Below, piece after piece: positions 39,798 through 64,000 of a stretch of 64,000 nt of DNA. Both the position numbers and the translations under genes were made by a program. The DNA is taken from positions 1 to 64,000 of the forward strand of contig NIVC01003971.1 of assembly GCA_002269645.1 (NCBI GenBank), written 5' to 3'. This DNA comes from Macrostomum lignano (taxonomy: Eukaryota). The stretch's first letter is position 1. Each line of letters starts with the position of its first letter. The notes below the pieces were generated by a model, which made no database searches, was not told the DNA's origin, and saw only the letters and a program-made list of their open reading frames with translations.

Positions 39798-42700
39798 ATG
39801 TCGTCTGGCAAACCGCTTCAGCAACAACAGCTGCACGAGTTGGGCGCCTGTGGCGGCGGCTGCGGCTGCGAGCAGCCCAAGGATATCGATAATGTGGACC
39901 CTACCGAGATCTGCTTCACCTGCAAGTCTAGGCTGCCCAATATTCAGGTGAGCAGCTGCTCTGTGATACTGTAAATCTGCGGTGCTTTAGTCCGACAATC
40001 CACGGTGCTTTAGTCCGACAATCCACGGAGCTTTAGTCCGACAATCCACGGTGCTTTAGTCCGACAATCCACGGAGCTTTAGTCCGACAATCCACGGTGC
40101 TTTAGTCCGACAATCCACGGTGCTTTCGTCCGACAATCCACGGTGCTTTAGTCCGACATCCTCCACGGAGCTTTAGTCCGACAATCCACGGTTCTTTAGT
40201 CCGACATCCTCCACGGTGCTTTAGTCCGACAATCCACGGTGCTTTAGTCCGACAATCCACGGTGCTTTAGTCCGACAATCCACGGTGCTTTAGTCCGACA
40301 ATCCACGGTGCTTTAGTCCGACAATCCACGGTTCTTTAGTCCGACAATCCACGGTGCTAGTCCAACAAATGCTCTATATTTATTTCGATAATCCGCGTTC
40401 ATTTAATCTGCACGACCCCTCACCCTTTCCTCTTCCCATCACCCGCTAGGTCGACAGCTCGCTGTCGGAGCGTCTTCAGCGGCTGCGCCTGAACGGGCTG
40501 AGCAAGGCGGTGGCTGTGGACCTCCTCCGCTGCTCGCCGCCCCCCGGCAAGCGCCGCCGCTCCCGCTCGGGGCTGAACACGGCGCTGCTGCTGGCGGTGA
40601 AGGAGATTTACAGCCTGCAGGACTTCAGCAGCGTGCAGCTGCTGGCCAAGGGCTTCTTCTCCAACGTGTACCGAGTGACCCTGGAGCGCAGCGGCCGTCA
40701 GATGGCCCTGAAGATGAACGGGGAGACGAACCAGCGCTCTGCCTATCGCGAGCACGAGATCATGTCCAAGCTCAGTCACCCCAACGTGCTGCGCTACCAC
40801 GCCGTCTGCATCCACGGCGGCCGGCTGCACTGCCTGTTCGACTACATCGAGGGCGGCAGTCTGGAGCAGCTGCTGGCAGAGCCCGGCAGGCGGCTGAGCT
40901 GGAGGGTGCGGCTGGGACTGGCGCTGGATGTGGCCCGGGCCATGGCCTATGTGCACGGACAGGTGTGTTGGCAGATGGGTCTCATTGTCGATTGGAGTTC
41001 CAGATGGGTCTCATTGTTGATTGTTGGAGTGCCAGATGGGTCTCATTGTCGATTGGAGTTCCAGATGGGTCTCATTGTTGATTGTTGGAGTGCCAGATGG
41101 GTCTCATTGTTGATTGGAGTTCCAGATGGGTCTCATTGTCGATTGGAGTTCCAGATGGGTTTCATTGTTGATTGTTGGAGTGCCAGATGGGTCTCATTGT
41201 TGATTGTTGGAGTGCCAGATGGGTCTCATTGTTGATTGTTGGAGTGCCAGATGGGTCTCATTGTTGATTGGAGTTCCAGATGGGTCTCATTGTTGATTGG
41301 AGTTCCAGATGGGTCTCATTGTTGATTGTTGGAGTGCCAGATGGGTCTCATTGTTGATTGTTGGAGTGCCAGATGGGTCTAATTGTTGATTCGAGTGACC
41401 AAATATGTCTCATTATCGAATATAATGACCATATCTGTTTCATTGGCAATTAGAGTGACCAGACGAGTGATTACACAGTATTGAGTGACCAGACGAGTGA
41501 TTACACAGTATTGAGTGACCAGACGAGTGATTACACAGTATTGAGTGACCAGACGAGTGATTACACAGTATTGAGTGACCAGACGAGTGATTACACAGTA
41601 TTGAGTGACCAGACGAGTGATTACACAGTATTGAGTGACCAGACGAGTGATTACACAGTATTGAGTGACCAGACGAGTGATTACACAGTATTGAGTGACC
41701 AAACGAGTGATTACGCAGTATTGAGTGACCAGACGAGTGATTACGCAGTATTGGGTGACCAGACGAGTGATTACGCAGTATTGAGTGACCAGACGAGTGA
41801 TTACACAGTATTGAGTGACCAGACGAGTGATTACGCAGTATTGAGTGACCAGACGAGTGATTACGCAGTATTGAGTGACCAGACGAGTGATTACACAGTA
41901 TTGAGTGACCAGACGAGTGATTACACAGTATTGAGTGACCAGACGAGTGATTACACAGTATTGAGTGACCAGACGAGTGATTACACAGTATTGAGTGACC
42001 AGACGAGTGATTACACAGTATTGAGTGACCAGACGAGTGATTACACAGTATTGAGTGACCAGACGAGTGATTACACAGTATTGAGTGACCAGACGAGTGA
42101 TTACACAGTATTGAGTGACCAAACGAGTGATTACGCAGTATTGAGTGACCAGACGAGTGATTACGCAGTATTGGGTGACCAGACGAGTGATTACGCAGTA
42201 TTGAGTGACCAGACGAGTGATTACACAGTATTGAGTGACCAGACGAGTGATTACACAGTATTGAGTGACCAGACGAGTGATTACGCAGTATTGAGTGACC
42301 AGACGAGTGATTACACAGTATTGAGTGACCAGACGAGTGATTACACAGTATTGAGTGACCAGACGAGTGATTACACAGTATTGAGTGACCAGACGAGTGA
42401 TTACACAGTATTGAGTGACCAGACGAGTGATTACGCAGTATTGAGTGACCAGACGAGTGATTACACAGTATTGAGTGACCAGACGAGTGATTACACAGTA
42501 TTGAGTGACCAGACGAGTGATTACACAGTATTGAGTGACCAGACGAGTGATTACACAGTATTGAGTGACCAGATACGCCCCCCTCCTTCGCAGGGCTTTT
42601 TCCACCGCGACATCGCCTCGAAGAACATCCTGATCCGCACTGACGCGGGCGGTGCCCGGCCCTACCAGGCGGTGGTGGCGGACTTCGGCCTGGCCATCAA

Positions 42701-43484
42701 GATGCCCCGCTACGCCACGCAGCGCCTGCTGGAGTGCGTCGGCAGCCCGTTCTGGATGGCGCCCGAGTGCATGCGCGGCTGCGGCTTCAGCACCAAGGCC
42801 GACGTGTTCAGCTACGGCATTGTGCTGTGCGAGCTGCTCACCCGCCTGCCCGCCGACCCCGACTTCCTGCCGCGCCTGCCGGACTTCGGCATCGACGCCG
42901 CCGCGCTGGAGTCCTCGCTGGTGCCGCCCGACTGCCCGCGGCCGCTGCTGCAGCTGGCGCTGTCGGCCTGCAGCCAGGAGCCGGCGGTGCGGCCCAGCTT
43001 CGCCGACCTGGCCGGCGCCCTGATGCGCCTGCTCGACAAGCTGGAGGCCGGCGTCGCCGTAGAGACGGTTCGCGACGTCGCCTCCACGGCCGACGCCGAC
43101 ATCGAAGCGGACGAGCTGGTGGAGCAGCGACGGCTGGACGCGAGCTGGCAGGAGCGGCGGCACCAGCAGCGCTGCTGGAACCCCGGCATGAAGCACAACC
43201 CGTTCGTGACGGTGCGCTGGGAGCGGAACAAGTCCTGCCTGCAGGCCGGCCGCCACGGCCCCGCCCTGCTGCTGCCCACCGGCCCCGAGCTGCGCTCGCC
43301 CTCCGGCCTGAACCGGGCCTGGTCCTACCCGGACCTGTCTCAGGACCTCATCGAGTTCCTCGAGATCGCGCGCCGTTGCCGGCCCTGCGGCGAGGGCACC
43401 GGCGTCACCGACGACTCCGGGGTGTCCTGCGTGTCCTGCCTGTCCTCCTCCATAGACACCCTGGGGGACTGCAGCTTCGCCTGA
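39798..43484 (+). CDS. TESK: TESK/Cdi-family dual-specificity (cofilin) kinase, 3 exons, ~517 aa
   Basis: Exons 39798-39947, 40450-40962 and 42594-43484, all phase 0 with GT-AG boundaries. Motifs KGFFSNVYRV, MALKMN, LSWRVRLGLALDVARAM, FHRDIASKN, DFGLA, VGSPFWMAPE, KADVFSYGIVLCELLTRLPADPDFLPR..DFG follow TESK1/2 closely. No LIM or PDZ domains. Confidence 0.92.
39990..40365. repeat. 23-bp intronic minisatellite, ~16 copies (TESK intron 1)
   Basis: Unit GGTGCTTTAGTCCGACAATCCAC. Confidence 0.95.
40970..41390. repeat. 29/32-bp intronic minisatellite (TESK intron 2, 5' part)
   Basis: Unit CAGATGGGTCTCATTGTTGATT(GTT)GGAGTKC. Confidence 0.92.
41452..42572. repeat. 30-bp intronic minisatellite, ~37 copies (TESK intron 2, 3' part)
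   Basis: Unit AGACGAGTGATTACACAGTATTGAGTGACC. Confidence 0.97.
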
Positions 43485-43570
43485 GCCTCGGCCCCTCCTT
43501 TGCGTAGCGATCTCCATATTGGTTACTTCCTTTTAGAGTTAACTTTCTGAGATCAACTTCGGGTCACCTT

Positions 43571-43790
43571 CAGGCTAGCTGCCTTCAGATTGTACTGTTG
43601 GGAATCCTTCAGGCTGCCTTCAGATTGTACTGTTGGGAATCCTTCAGGCTGCCTTCAGATTGCACTGTTGGGAATCCTTCAGGCTGCCTTTAGATTGTAC
43701 TGTTGGGAATCCTTCAGGCTGCCTTCAGATTGTACTGTTGGGAATCCTTCAGGCTGCCTTCAGATTGTACTGTTGGGAATCCTTCAGGTT
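43571..43790. repeat. 35-bp minisatellite, ~6 copies, just downstream of the TESK stop
   Basis: Unit CAGGCTGCCTTCAGATTGTACTGTTGGGAATCCTT. Confidence 0.92.
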
Positions 43791-44461
43791 GTCTTCAGCT
43801 CGTTTCTTAGCAGCCTTAGCATTTCCGGTAGGTTCTGTATGAAAGCACCCTGGAGGTGACTTGAAGCTCAGCAAATGTCTTTTATCAGTCAGCCCATTAA
43901 TGCGCACAGTTCATTTAAGCGTTTTTAAGATGTGCAAGATTTTTCTCGTCATATGCGTAATGCACTACTGACCCGAGGCAGTAGTATTTTTAGAAATATT
44001 AGCTATTTGCGTGTACAGCACTGATCTCTGCCTAGTCCGCACCGCCCTCATGCTCTACTCATCATAGCCAATGGCTACAGTACATTAAGCAGGCGCACAT
44101 CGCATGCAACAAACTGATTCCCCTCTTATCTGTCTTCCCCGCGCACCTGTGCTTACCTGTGCGGTTCACCCTAGCAACCAGTGTGCTGCACTGCTCAGCA
44201 ATCCCTTCGGGAAATCCATCTTTTTGGCCGCTTCCCCGACCTGCTCGATTTTCATATTCGACCTTTTCGCACTTTCCACTGTGAAATTCTCTGGCCAACC
44301 CACGCGTGACAGATCTGTCCGTTCTATCTGAAAATTATTTAACATGCAGTATTTTATAACTACATGTGCATGTGCAGATAACTGTTGGTAAATATAAACT
44401 TTTTGCGGCGTCAGCTCTGCCTGACTTTTGCTTTTTATTCACCTATTGGTGTTAGTGGGAC

Positions 44462-44940
44462 TGCTCCCAATGTACATGCCCTGACCCCCAGCCACTCCCA
44501 ATGTGCATCCCCTGACCCCCAGCCACTCCCAATGTGCATCCCCTGACCCCCAGCCACTCCCAATGTGCATCCCTAACCCCCAGCCACTCCCAATGTGCAT
44601 CCCCTAACCCCCAGCCACTTCCAATGTGCATCCCCTGACCCCCAGCCACTCCCAATGTGCATCCCCTGACCCCCAGCCACTCCCAATGTGCATCCCCTGA
44701 CCCCCAGCCACTCCCAATGTGCATCCCCTGACCCCCAGCCACTTCCAATGTGCATCCCCTGACCCCCAGCCACTCCCAATGTACATCCCCTGACCCCCAG
44801 CCACTCCCAATGTACATCCCCTGACCCCCAGCCAGTCCCAATGTGCATCCCCTGACCCCCAGCCAGTCCCAATGTGCATCCCCTGACCCCCAGCCAGTCC
44901 CAATGTGCATCCCCTGACCCCCAGCCAGTCCCAATGTACA
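44462..44940. repeat. 31-bp minisatellite, ~15 copies
   Basis: Unit CCCCAGCCACTCCCAATGTGCATCCCCTGAC. Confidence 0.95.
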
Positions 44941-45661
44941 TCTGCTATTAAAAGGCCTGCACAGATGCCACAATCCCAGTCGCAAGCTCAGCCTGAGGCG
45001 CACCGCCTGCACCTACTGCCCTCGATGATTTGCAATGAGCTGCACTCTTTTACTCTTGCGGTCACTCATTTTTACTTTGTAATTTCGGTCACAATCTCCT
45101 TAAATTGCTGTTTTTGGTCGCTGCATTGTGGCTTTGGGAGCAGAGGAGCAGCTAAGCGAGTAATGCGGTATCCCGGGTCTCCACAGGCGATTCACCTGCT
45201 CACGGAGCTGCTTCAGTCTTGATTGGAGCAGAGATTTCACTGGCTGATACAGATATTTGCACTGCCGTTTTTACCTCTTCCCAGCTCATCTTTTGTTTAG
45301 CTTTTTTATACTGATAATTATTTTGCACATTTTGTTCGGGGCATCGGATGCCCCAGCCTGTGTTTTTAGCAGGTATCTTATAGCTATAAGCCTCATTATT
45401 TATGCAGTTTTCTGTTTACCCAATAAATTTACAAGCTCTGCGTTCAAGTTTTTTAATTGGCTCAGCTTAGCCTTTTTCTCAACATTTATCAGCAGTTGCC
45501 ACGCAGCCTCGCTTTTGTTCATTGAGCCGCCAACCATCTACCTGCAAGTATTTTAACAGCGCACAGCGCTGGGCAATGTCTGTTTGTCTAAATAGTCTGG
45601 TTGCCGAAACTGAACGCTCCAGCGCTATTACCGAAAATATCACGGAACTGGGGAAGACCTG

Positions 45662-46992
45662 TGGCTGACTGAATGAGCTGACTCACTGACTGAATGAGCT
45701 GACTCACTGACTGACTGAGCTGACTCACTGACTGACTGAGCTGACTCACTGACTGAATGAGCTGACTCACTGACTGAATGAGCTGACTCACTGACTGACT
45801 GAGCTGACTCACTGACTGACTGAGCTGACTCACTGACTGAATGAGCTGACTCACTGACTGACTGACTGAGCTGACTGAGCTGACTCACTGACTGAATGAG
45901 CTGACTCACTGACTGACTGACTGAGCTGACTCACTGACTGACTGACTGAGCTGACTGAGCTGACTCACTGACTGACTGAGCTGACTGAGCTGACTCACTG
46001 ACTGACTGAGCTGACTCACTGACTGAGCTGACTCACTGACTGACTGAGCTGACTGAGCTGACTCACTGACTGACTGAGCTGACTCACTGACTCACTGACT
46101 GAGCTGACTCACTGACTGACTGAGCTGACTGAGCTGACTCACTGACTGACTGAGCTGACTCACTGACTCACTGACTGAGCTGACTGAGCTGACTCACTGA
46201 CTGAATGAGCTGACTCAATGACTGAATGAGCTGACTCACTGACTGAATGAGCTGACTCACTGACTAAATGAGCTGACTCACTGACTGACTGAGCTGACTC
46301 ACTGACTGAATGAGCTGACTCACTGACTGAATGAGCTGACTCACTGACTGACTGACTGAGCTGACTGAGCTGACTCACTGACTGAATGAGCTGACTCACT
46401 GACTGAATGAGCTGACTCACTGACTGAATGAGCTGGCTGAATGAGCTGACTCACTGAGCTGAATGAGCTGACTGAATGAGCTGACTGACTGAGCTGACTG
46501 AATGAGCTGACTCACTGACTGAATGAGCTGACTGAATGAGCTGACTCACTGACTGAATGAGCTGACTCACTGACTGAATGAGCTGACTGAATGAGCTGAC
46601 TGACTGAGCTGACTGAATGAGCTGACTCACTGAGCTGAATGAGCTGACTGACTGAGCTGACTGAATGAGCTGACTGACTGAGCTGACTGAATGAGCTGAC
46701 TGACTGAGCTGACTGAATGAGCTGACTCACTGAGCTGAATGAGCTGACTGACTGAGCTGACTGAATGAGCTGACTCACTGAGCTGAATGAGCAGACTGAA
46801 TGAGCTGACTCACTGAGCTGAATGAGCTGACTCACTGACTGAATGAGCTGACTGAATGAGCTGACTCACTGACTGAATGAGCTGACTGACTGAGCTGACT
46901 GAATGAGCTGACTTACTGAGCTGAATGAGCTGACTGACTGAGCTGACTGAATGAGCTGACTCACTGAGCTGAATGAGCTGACTGACTGAGCT
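45662..46992. repeat. Compound (ACTG)-derived satellite rich in TGACTCA
   Basis: Mixture of GACT, GAATGAGCT and GACTCACT modules. Confidence 0.93.
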
Positions 46993-47161
46993 AAAGCTTT
47001 ACTTGTGCGCATATGCAACCGGGCGGGGTTGGGGTGCATAAAACAAAACGCACATTACTGAGACAGAGGGTAGTCGTCGGATTTGGCCTGTTAAATGCCT
47101 CATAAACTGCTCCAAGCGTTGTCAAATAACCAGGCTCTGAAAGCTGGGTAGGCTTTGTGTG

Positions 47162-47945
47162 CATCACTACTGACAGTAGCCAATTAGTCACTCAGCTTTG
47201 TCATCATACTGACAGTAGCTTATTAGTCACTCAGCTTTGTCATCATACTGACAGTAGCTAATTAGTCACTCAGCTTTGTCATCATACTGACAGTAGCCAA
47301 TTAGTCACTCAGCTTTGTCATCATACTGACAGTAGCCTATTAGTCACTCAGCTTTGTCATCATACTGACAGTAGCCAATTAGTCACTCAGCTTTGTCATC
47401 ATACTGACAGTAGCCTATTAGTCACTCAGCTTTGTCATCATACTGACAGTAGCCTATTAGTCACTCAGCTTTGTCATCATACTGACAGTAGCCTATTAGT
47501 CACTCAGCTTTGTCATCATACTGACAGTAGCCAATTAGTCACTCAGCTTTGTCATCATACTGACAGTAGCCAATTAGTCACTCAGCTTTGTCATCATACT
47601 GACAGTAGCCTATTAGTCACTCAGCTTTGTCATCATACTGACAGTAGCCTATTAGTCACTCAGCTTTGTCATCATACTGACAGTAGCCTATTAGTCACTC
47701 AGCTTTGTCATCATACTGACAGTAGCCAATTAGTCACTCAGCTTTGTCATCATACTGACAGTAGCCAATTAGTCACTCAGCTTTGTCATCATACTGACAG
47801 TAGCCTATTAGTCACTCAGCTTTGTCATCATACTGACAGTAGCCAATTAGTCACTCAGCTTTGTCATCATACTGACAGTAGCCTATTAGTCACTCAGCTT
47901 TGTCATCATACTGACAGTAGCCTATTAGTCACTCAGCTTTGTCAC
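47162..47945. repeat. 39-bp minisatellite, ~20 copies
   Basis: Unit TTAGTCACTCAGCTTTGTCATCATACTGACAGTAGCC(A/T)A. Confidence 0.96.
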
Positions 47946-48050
47946 TCAAAAAAGTCACTCAAATCTCGATTTCTCTGGAGCACAGAATCAATAAATTGTG
48001 CGCTCCTTCTCATAAAACAGCAGCCCTAGGCAGAAGGTTGGCCTTCAAGT

Positions 48051-48240
48051 GGCCAAAGGTAGCCCAGTGGTGGTCTGGCGCGGTGCTCTGGTGTGCCAGC
48101 GGCCCAGGCTCGATTCCAAGTGCAGTCACATTAATTTGGGGCTGAATTGGAATCTCGGCTTGGCTCTGCTCTTGCAATTAACGGCCTTGAGGGGCAACCC
48201 CCAAGGCGCAGTGAAGTGTACATGCCTAACGATAAATAAA
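48051..48240 (+). mobile_element. Possible tRNA-derived SINE
   Basis: A-box-like TAGCCCAGTGG (48060-48070) and B-box-like GGCTCGATTCC (48107-48117) at tRNA-like spacing, without a cloverleaf; ~120-nt body ending in GATAAATAAA. Confidence 0.45.
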
Positions 48241-48546
48241 GTTGGGACTGCCGTAACTCTTGTGTGAGTGTGTTCATGGATGACTGCGTACGTATCCGCG
48301 CGCTTGTGTGCCTGCTCGGGGAGTCGGCGGAATGGGCAGCAATGCCTCTCGCCGGTTGTGTGACACAAACGACAAAGCACAGCCGCAGCAAGCAAGTGGC
48401 TTCATGTGGCCCGTGCCCGATGAGTGCTGCAATGATTTGTGATTGATGATTTCAAGAAAATAAAGTCGGAATTAAATTAATCAACACTGCGCATCCTGAT
48501 TAGCCGGACTTTGATGGCAAGAATGAAAATATTAAAAAAATTGTCT

Positions 48547-57631
<9,085 letters not shown>

Positions 57632-58023
57632 TTTTCATTTTTTTGCCTGCGAGGAGTTCTGGCGGGGAGCAGTTGGCAGTCAGGTGCCGCAGGACTAATT
57701 AAGAGAGCTTAATTTGATGAGGCATTTGGCCTTCTCGCAGACTCAGTTTTTTCCGTACCGCAGCTCAGCTCATTTCTATTACGATTAAACCGGCCTCTCC
57801 AAATTGCTCAGTTTTTTATATCGGCAGTTTCTACCGCCGAGACGGCAGCAGACATTTTTTAAGACAGCGGAACTCGCGCCTGAGCTGAGCCGGTTTTAAT
57901 TGCTTTGAGAACTCTCTTGAGAACTGCGGAGGGGGCTGACCTGCCGCTGGCTTGAGCTTTTCAGAATCATCCACGATGCTTTCGCTTGGCTTTCAGTGCA
58001 GCAGCTGTGAGTGCCCGTATGCC

Positions 58024-58892
58024 CATCAGTCAGTCAGTCAGTCAATCAGTCAGTCAATCAGTCAATCAGTCAGTCAATCAGTCAATCAATTAGTCAATCA
58101 ATCAATCAATCAATCAGTCAATCAGTCAATCAATCAGTCAGTCAATCAGTCAGTCAATCAGTCAATCAATCAGTCAATCAATCAATCAGTCAATCAATCA
58201 ATCAATCAGTAAATCGATCAATCAATCAGTCAATCAGTCAATCAATCAATCAATCAATCAGTCAGTCAATCAGTCAATCAATCAGTCAATCAATCAATCA
58301 GTCAATCAATCAATCAATCAATCAGTAAATCGATCAATCAATCAGTCAATCAGTCAATCAATCAATCAATCAATCAGTCAGTCAATCAGTCAATCAATCA
58401 GTCAATCAATCAATCAGTCAATCAATCAATCAATCAATCAGTAAATCGATCAATCAATCAGTCAATCAGTCAATCAATCAATCAATCAATCAGTCAGTCA
58501 ATCAAGCAATCAATCAATCAGTCAATCAATAAATCAGTCAGAAAATCATTAAATCAATCAATCAATCAGTCAATCAATCAGTCAATCAACCAATCAATCA
58601 GTCAGCCAATCAATCAACCAATCAATCAGTCAATCAATCAATCAATCAGTCAATCAGTCAATCAATCAATCAATCAGTCAATCAATAAATCAGTCAGCAA
58701 ATCATTAAATCAATCAATCAATCAATCAGTCAATCAATCAGCCAATCATTAAATCAATCAATCAATCAATCAGTCAATCAAGCAATCAATCAATCAATCA
58801 GTCAATCAATAAATCAGTCAGCAAATCATTAAATCAATCAATCAATCAGTCAGTCAATCAATCATTAAATCAATCAGCCAATGGATCAATCA
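58024..58892. repeat. (TCAA/TCAG)n microsatellite between convergent gene ends
   Basis: Tetranucleotide array with a ~117-bp higher-order block (AGTAAATCGATC at ~58207, 58324, 58440). Confidence 0.95.
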
Positions 58893-59344
58893 GCTTCAAA
58901 AATTGGTTTACCGTAGATTGCATAGGACAACTAGCGAAAGGATCCAACCCAGGACCTTTAGTTAGACTTTTAGTTAGAAAATAGTTAGACTTTTATTTGA
59001 AAATTTTGACGAAAGCAGGAAAAACTACTAGTAGTAAGCATGAACGCATTGCGGCTGACCAGTGAGTGACGCCTTCGGAACTGCCGCATGTATACATGTA
59101 CAAAGAAAAAATTATAGGAAAAAAGTTCATTGCAAGTACACTCTTCACAGTCAATTGCAGACGGAATGTTGAATTGCGGTCAGTTACAGAATCTGATAAA
59201 TAACTGTGTACGAGTTTAGTAAAACAAAGATATAAATAGTAGAAAAAATAGCAATGTCTGACTTTTGAGTTTCAGACTAGCGCTGCTGCAAATTGTGACT
59301 CCGATAACGGAGGGCGCGCTGCACTACTGATGCCATAGAGAGAA

Positions 59345-59585
59345 GTCCAAAGTACATCCAAAGTACACTAAGACTTTGATCCAAAGTACACTAAGGCTTT
59401 GATTCAAAGTACACTAAGGACTTTGATCCAAAGTACACTAAGGCTTTGGTCCAAAGTGCACTAAGGACTTGATCCAAAGTGCACTAAAGACTTTGATCCA
59501 GAGTACACTAAGGACTTTGATCAAAAGTGCACTAAGGACTTTGATCTAGAGTACACTAAGGACCTTGATGCAAAGTACACAAAGA
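59345..59585. repeat. ~23/24-bp degenerate minisatellite
   Basis: Unit approx TTGATCCAAAGTACACTAAGGACT. Confidence 0.85.
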
Positions 59586-59820
59586 AACTTTATCTCTTAT
59601 AGTACTAAAATCAAAGTTCTTAGAGCTCTCGGATGAAATTTCCTTAATTACTGTAAGAACTTTGATCACAAAGGACACTAGTCTCAAACAATATAGGGAT
59701 AAGGGTCCCAGGAGCTGGGATATAAAAACAACTAAGTGTGTCCACATTCTCCTCAAGTTCAAAAATGATTGCAGAGACTGCACAGCTCCGGGCGCCACCT
59801 GCAGCACTCAGGGCTGCCGC

Positions 59821-63893
<4,073 letters not shown>

Positions 63894-64000
63894 CCTGCTG
63901 GGCCTGGAATGCAGGTCAGCTGAGACTGTGCCTCATGAATTACACCTTGATGTTTTCTATGGGTTCAAAGCAAGTGTAATAATTATTTCAAGAAAAGGTT

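Noticed and set aside
41452-42572. CRISPR-like appearance of the 30-58-bp arrays (also 10779, 25636, 29908, 47162, 61165)
   Set aside because: Units are contiguous with no unique spacers, there are no cas genes, and the context is eukaryotic introns.
41379-43517. 712-aa and 667-aa ORFs with (LVTQYCVITR)n / (SDQTSDYTVL)n
   Set aside because: Artefacts of a stop-free 30-bp unit. The intron (40963-42593) has canonical ends and splicing restores a standard TESK domain; its 1631-nt length is not a multiple of 3.
48051-48130. tRNA gene
   Set aside because: A- and B-box-like motifs are present but no acceptor or anticodon stems fold; reported only as a possible SINE head.

Overview
Eukaryotic (invertebrate animal) genomic DNA with GC-rich exons, GT-AG introns and about 30 different tandem-repeat arrays. 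The style resembles a flatworm genome such as Macrostomum, which is an inference only. Left to right: two tandem ionotropic glutamate receptor-family genes (minus strand; the left copy runs off the window and carries many frameshifts); a 5'-truncated RNase H-type non-LTR retrotransposon; a 3-exon BAMBI-like kinase-less TGF-beta pseudoreceptor (minus); a ~6 kb AT-rich non-coding island holding TE relics and a fragment of the 28S rRNA R2/I-PpoI target region with its centre replaced; a ROR/MuSK-family receptor tyrosine kinase (plus); a TESK/Cdi kinase (plus); a large low-complexity orphan gene (plus); and PTPDC1 (minus). From 25 kb onward almost every intron holds its own private mini- or microsatellite. 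Several single-base deletions in otherwise intact exons may be assembly errors. No CRISPR array, intact tRNA or intact rRNA gene was seen. All exon boundaries were derived by hand and checked for phase.
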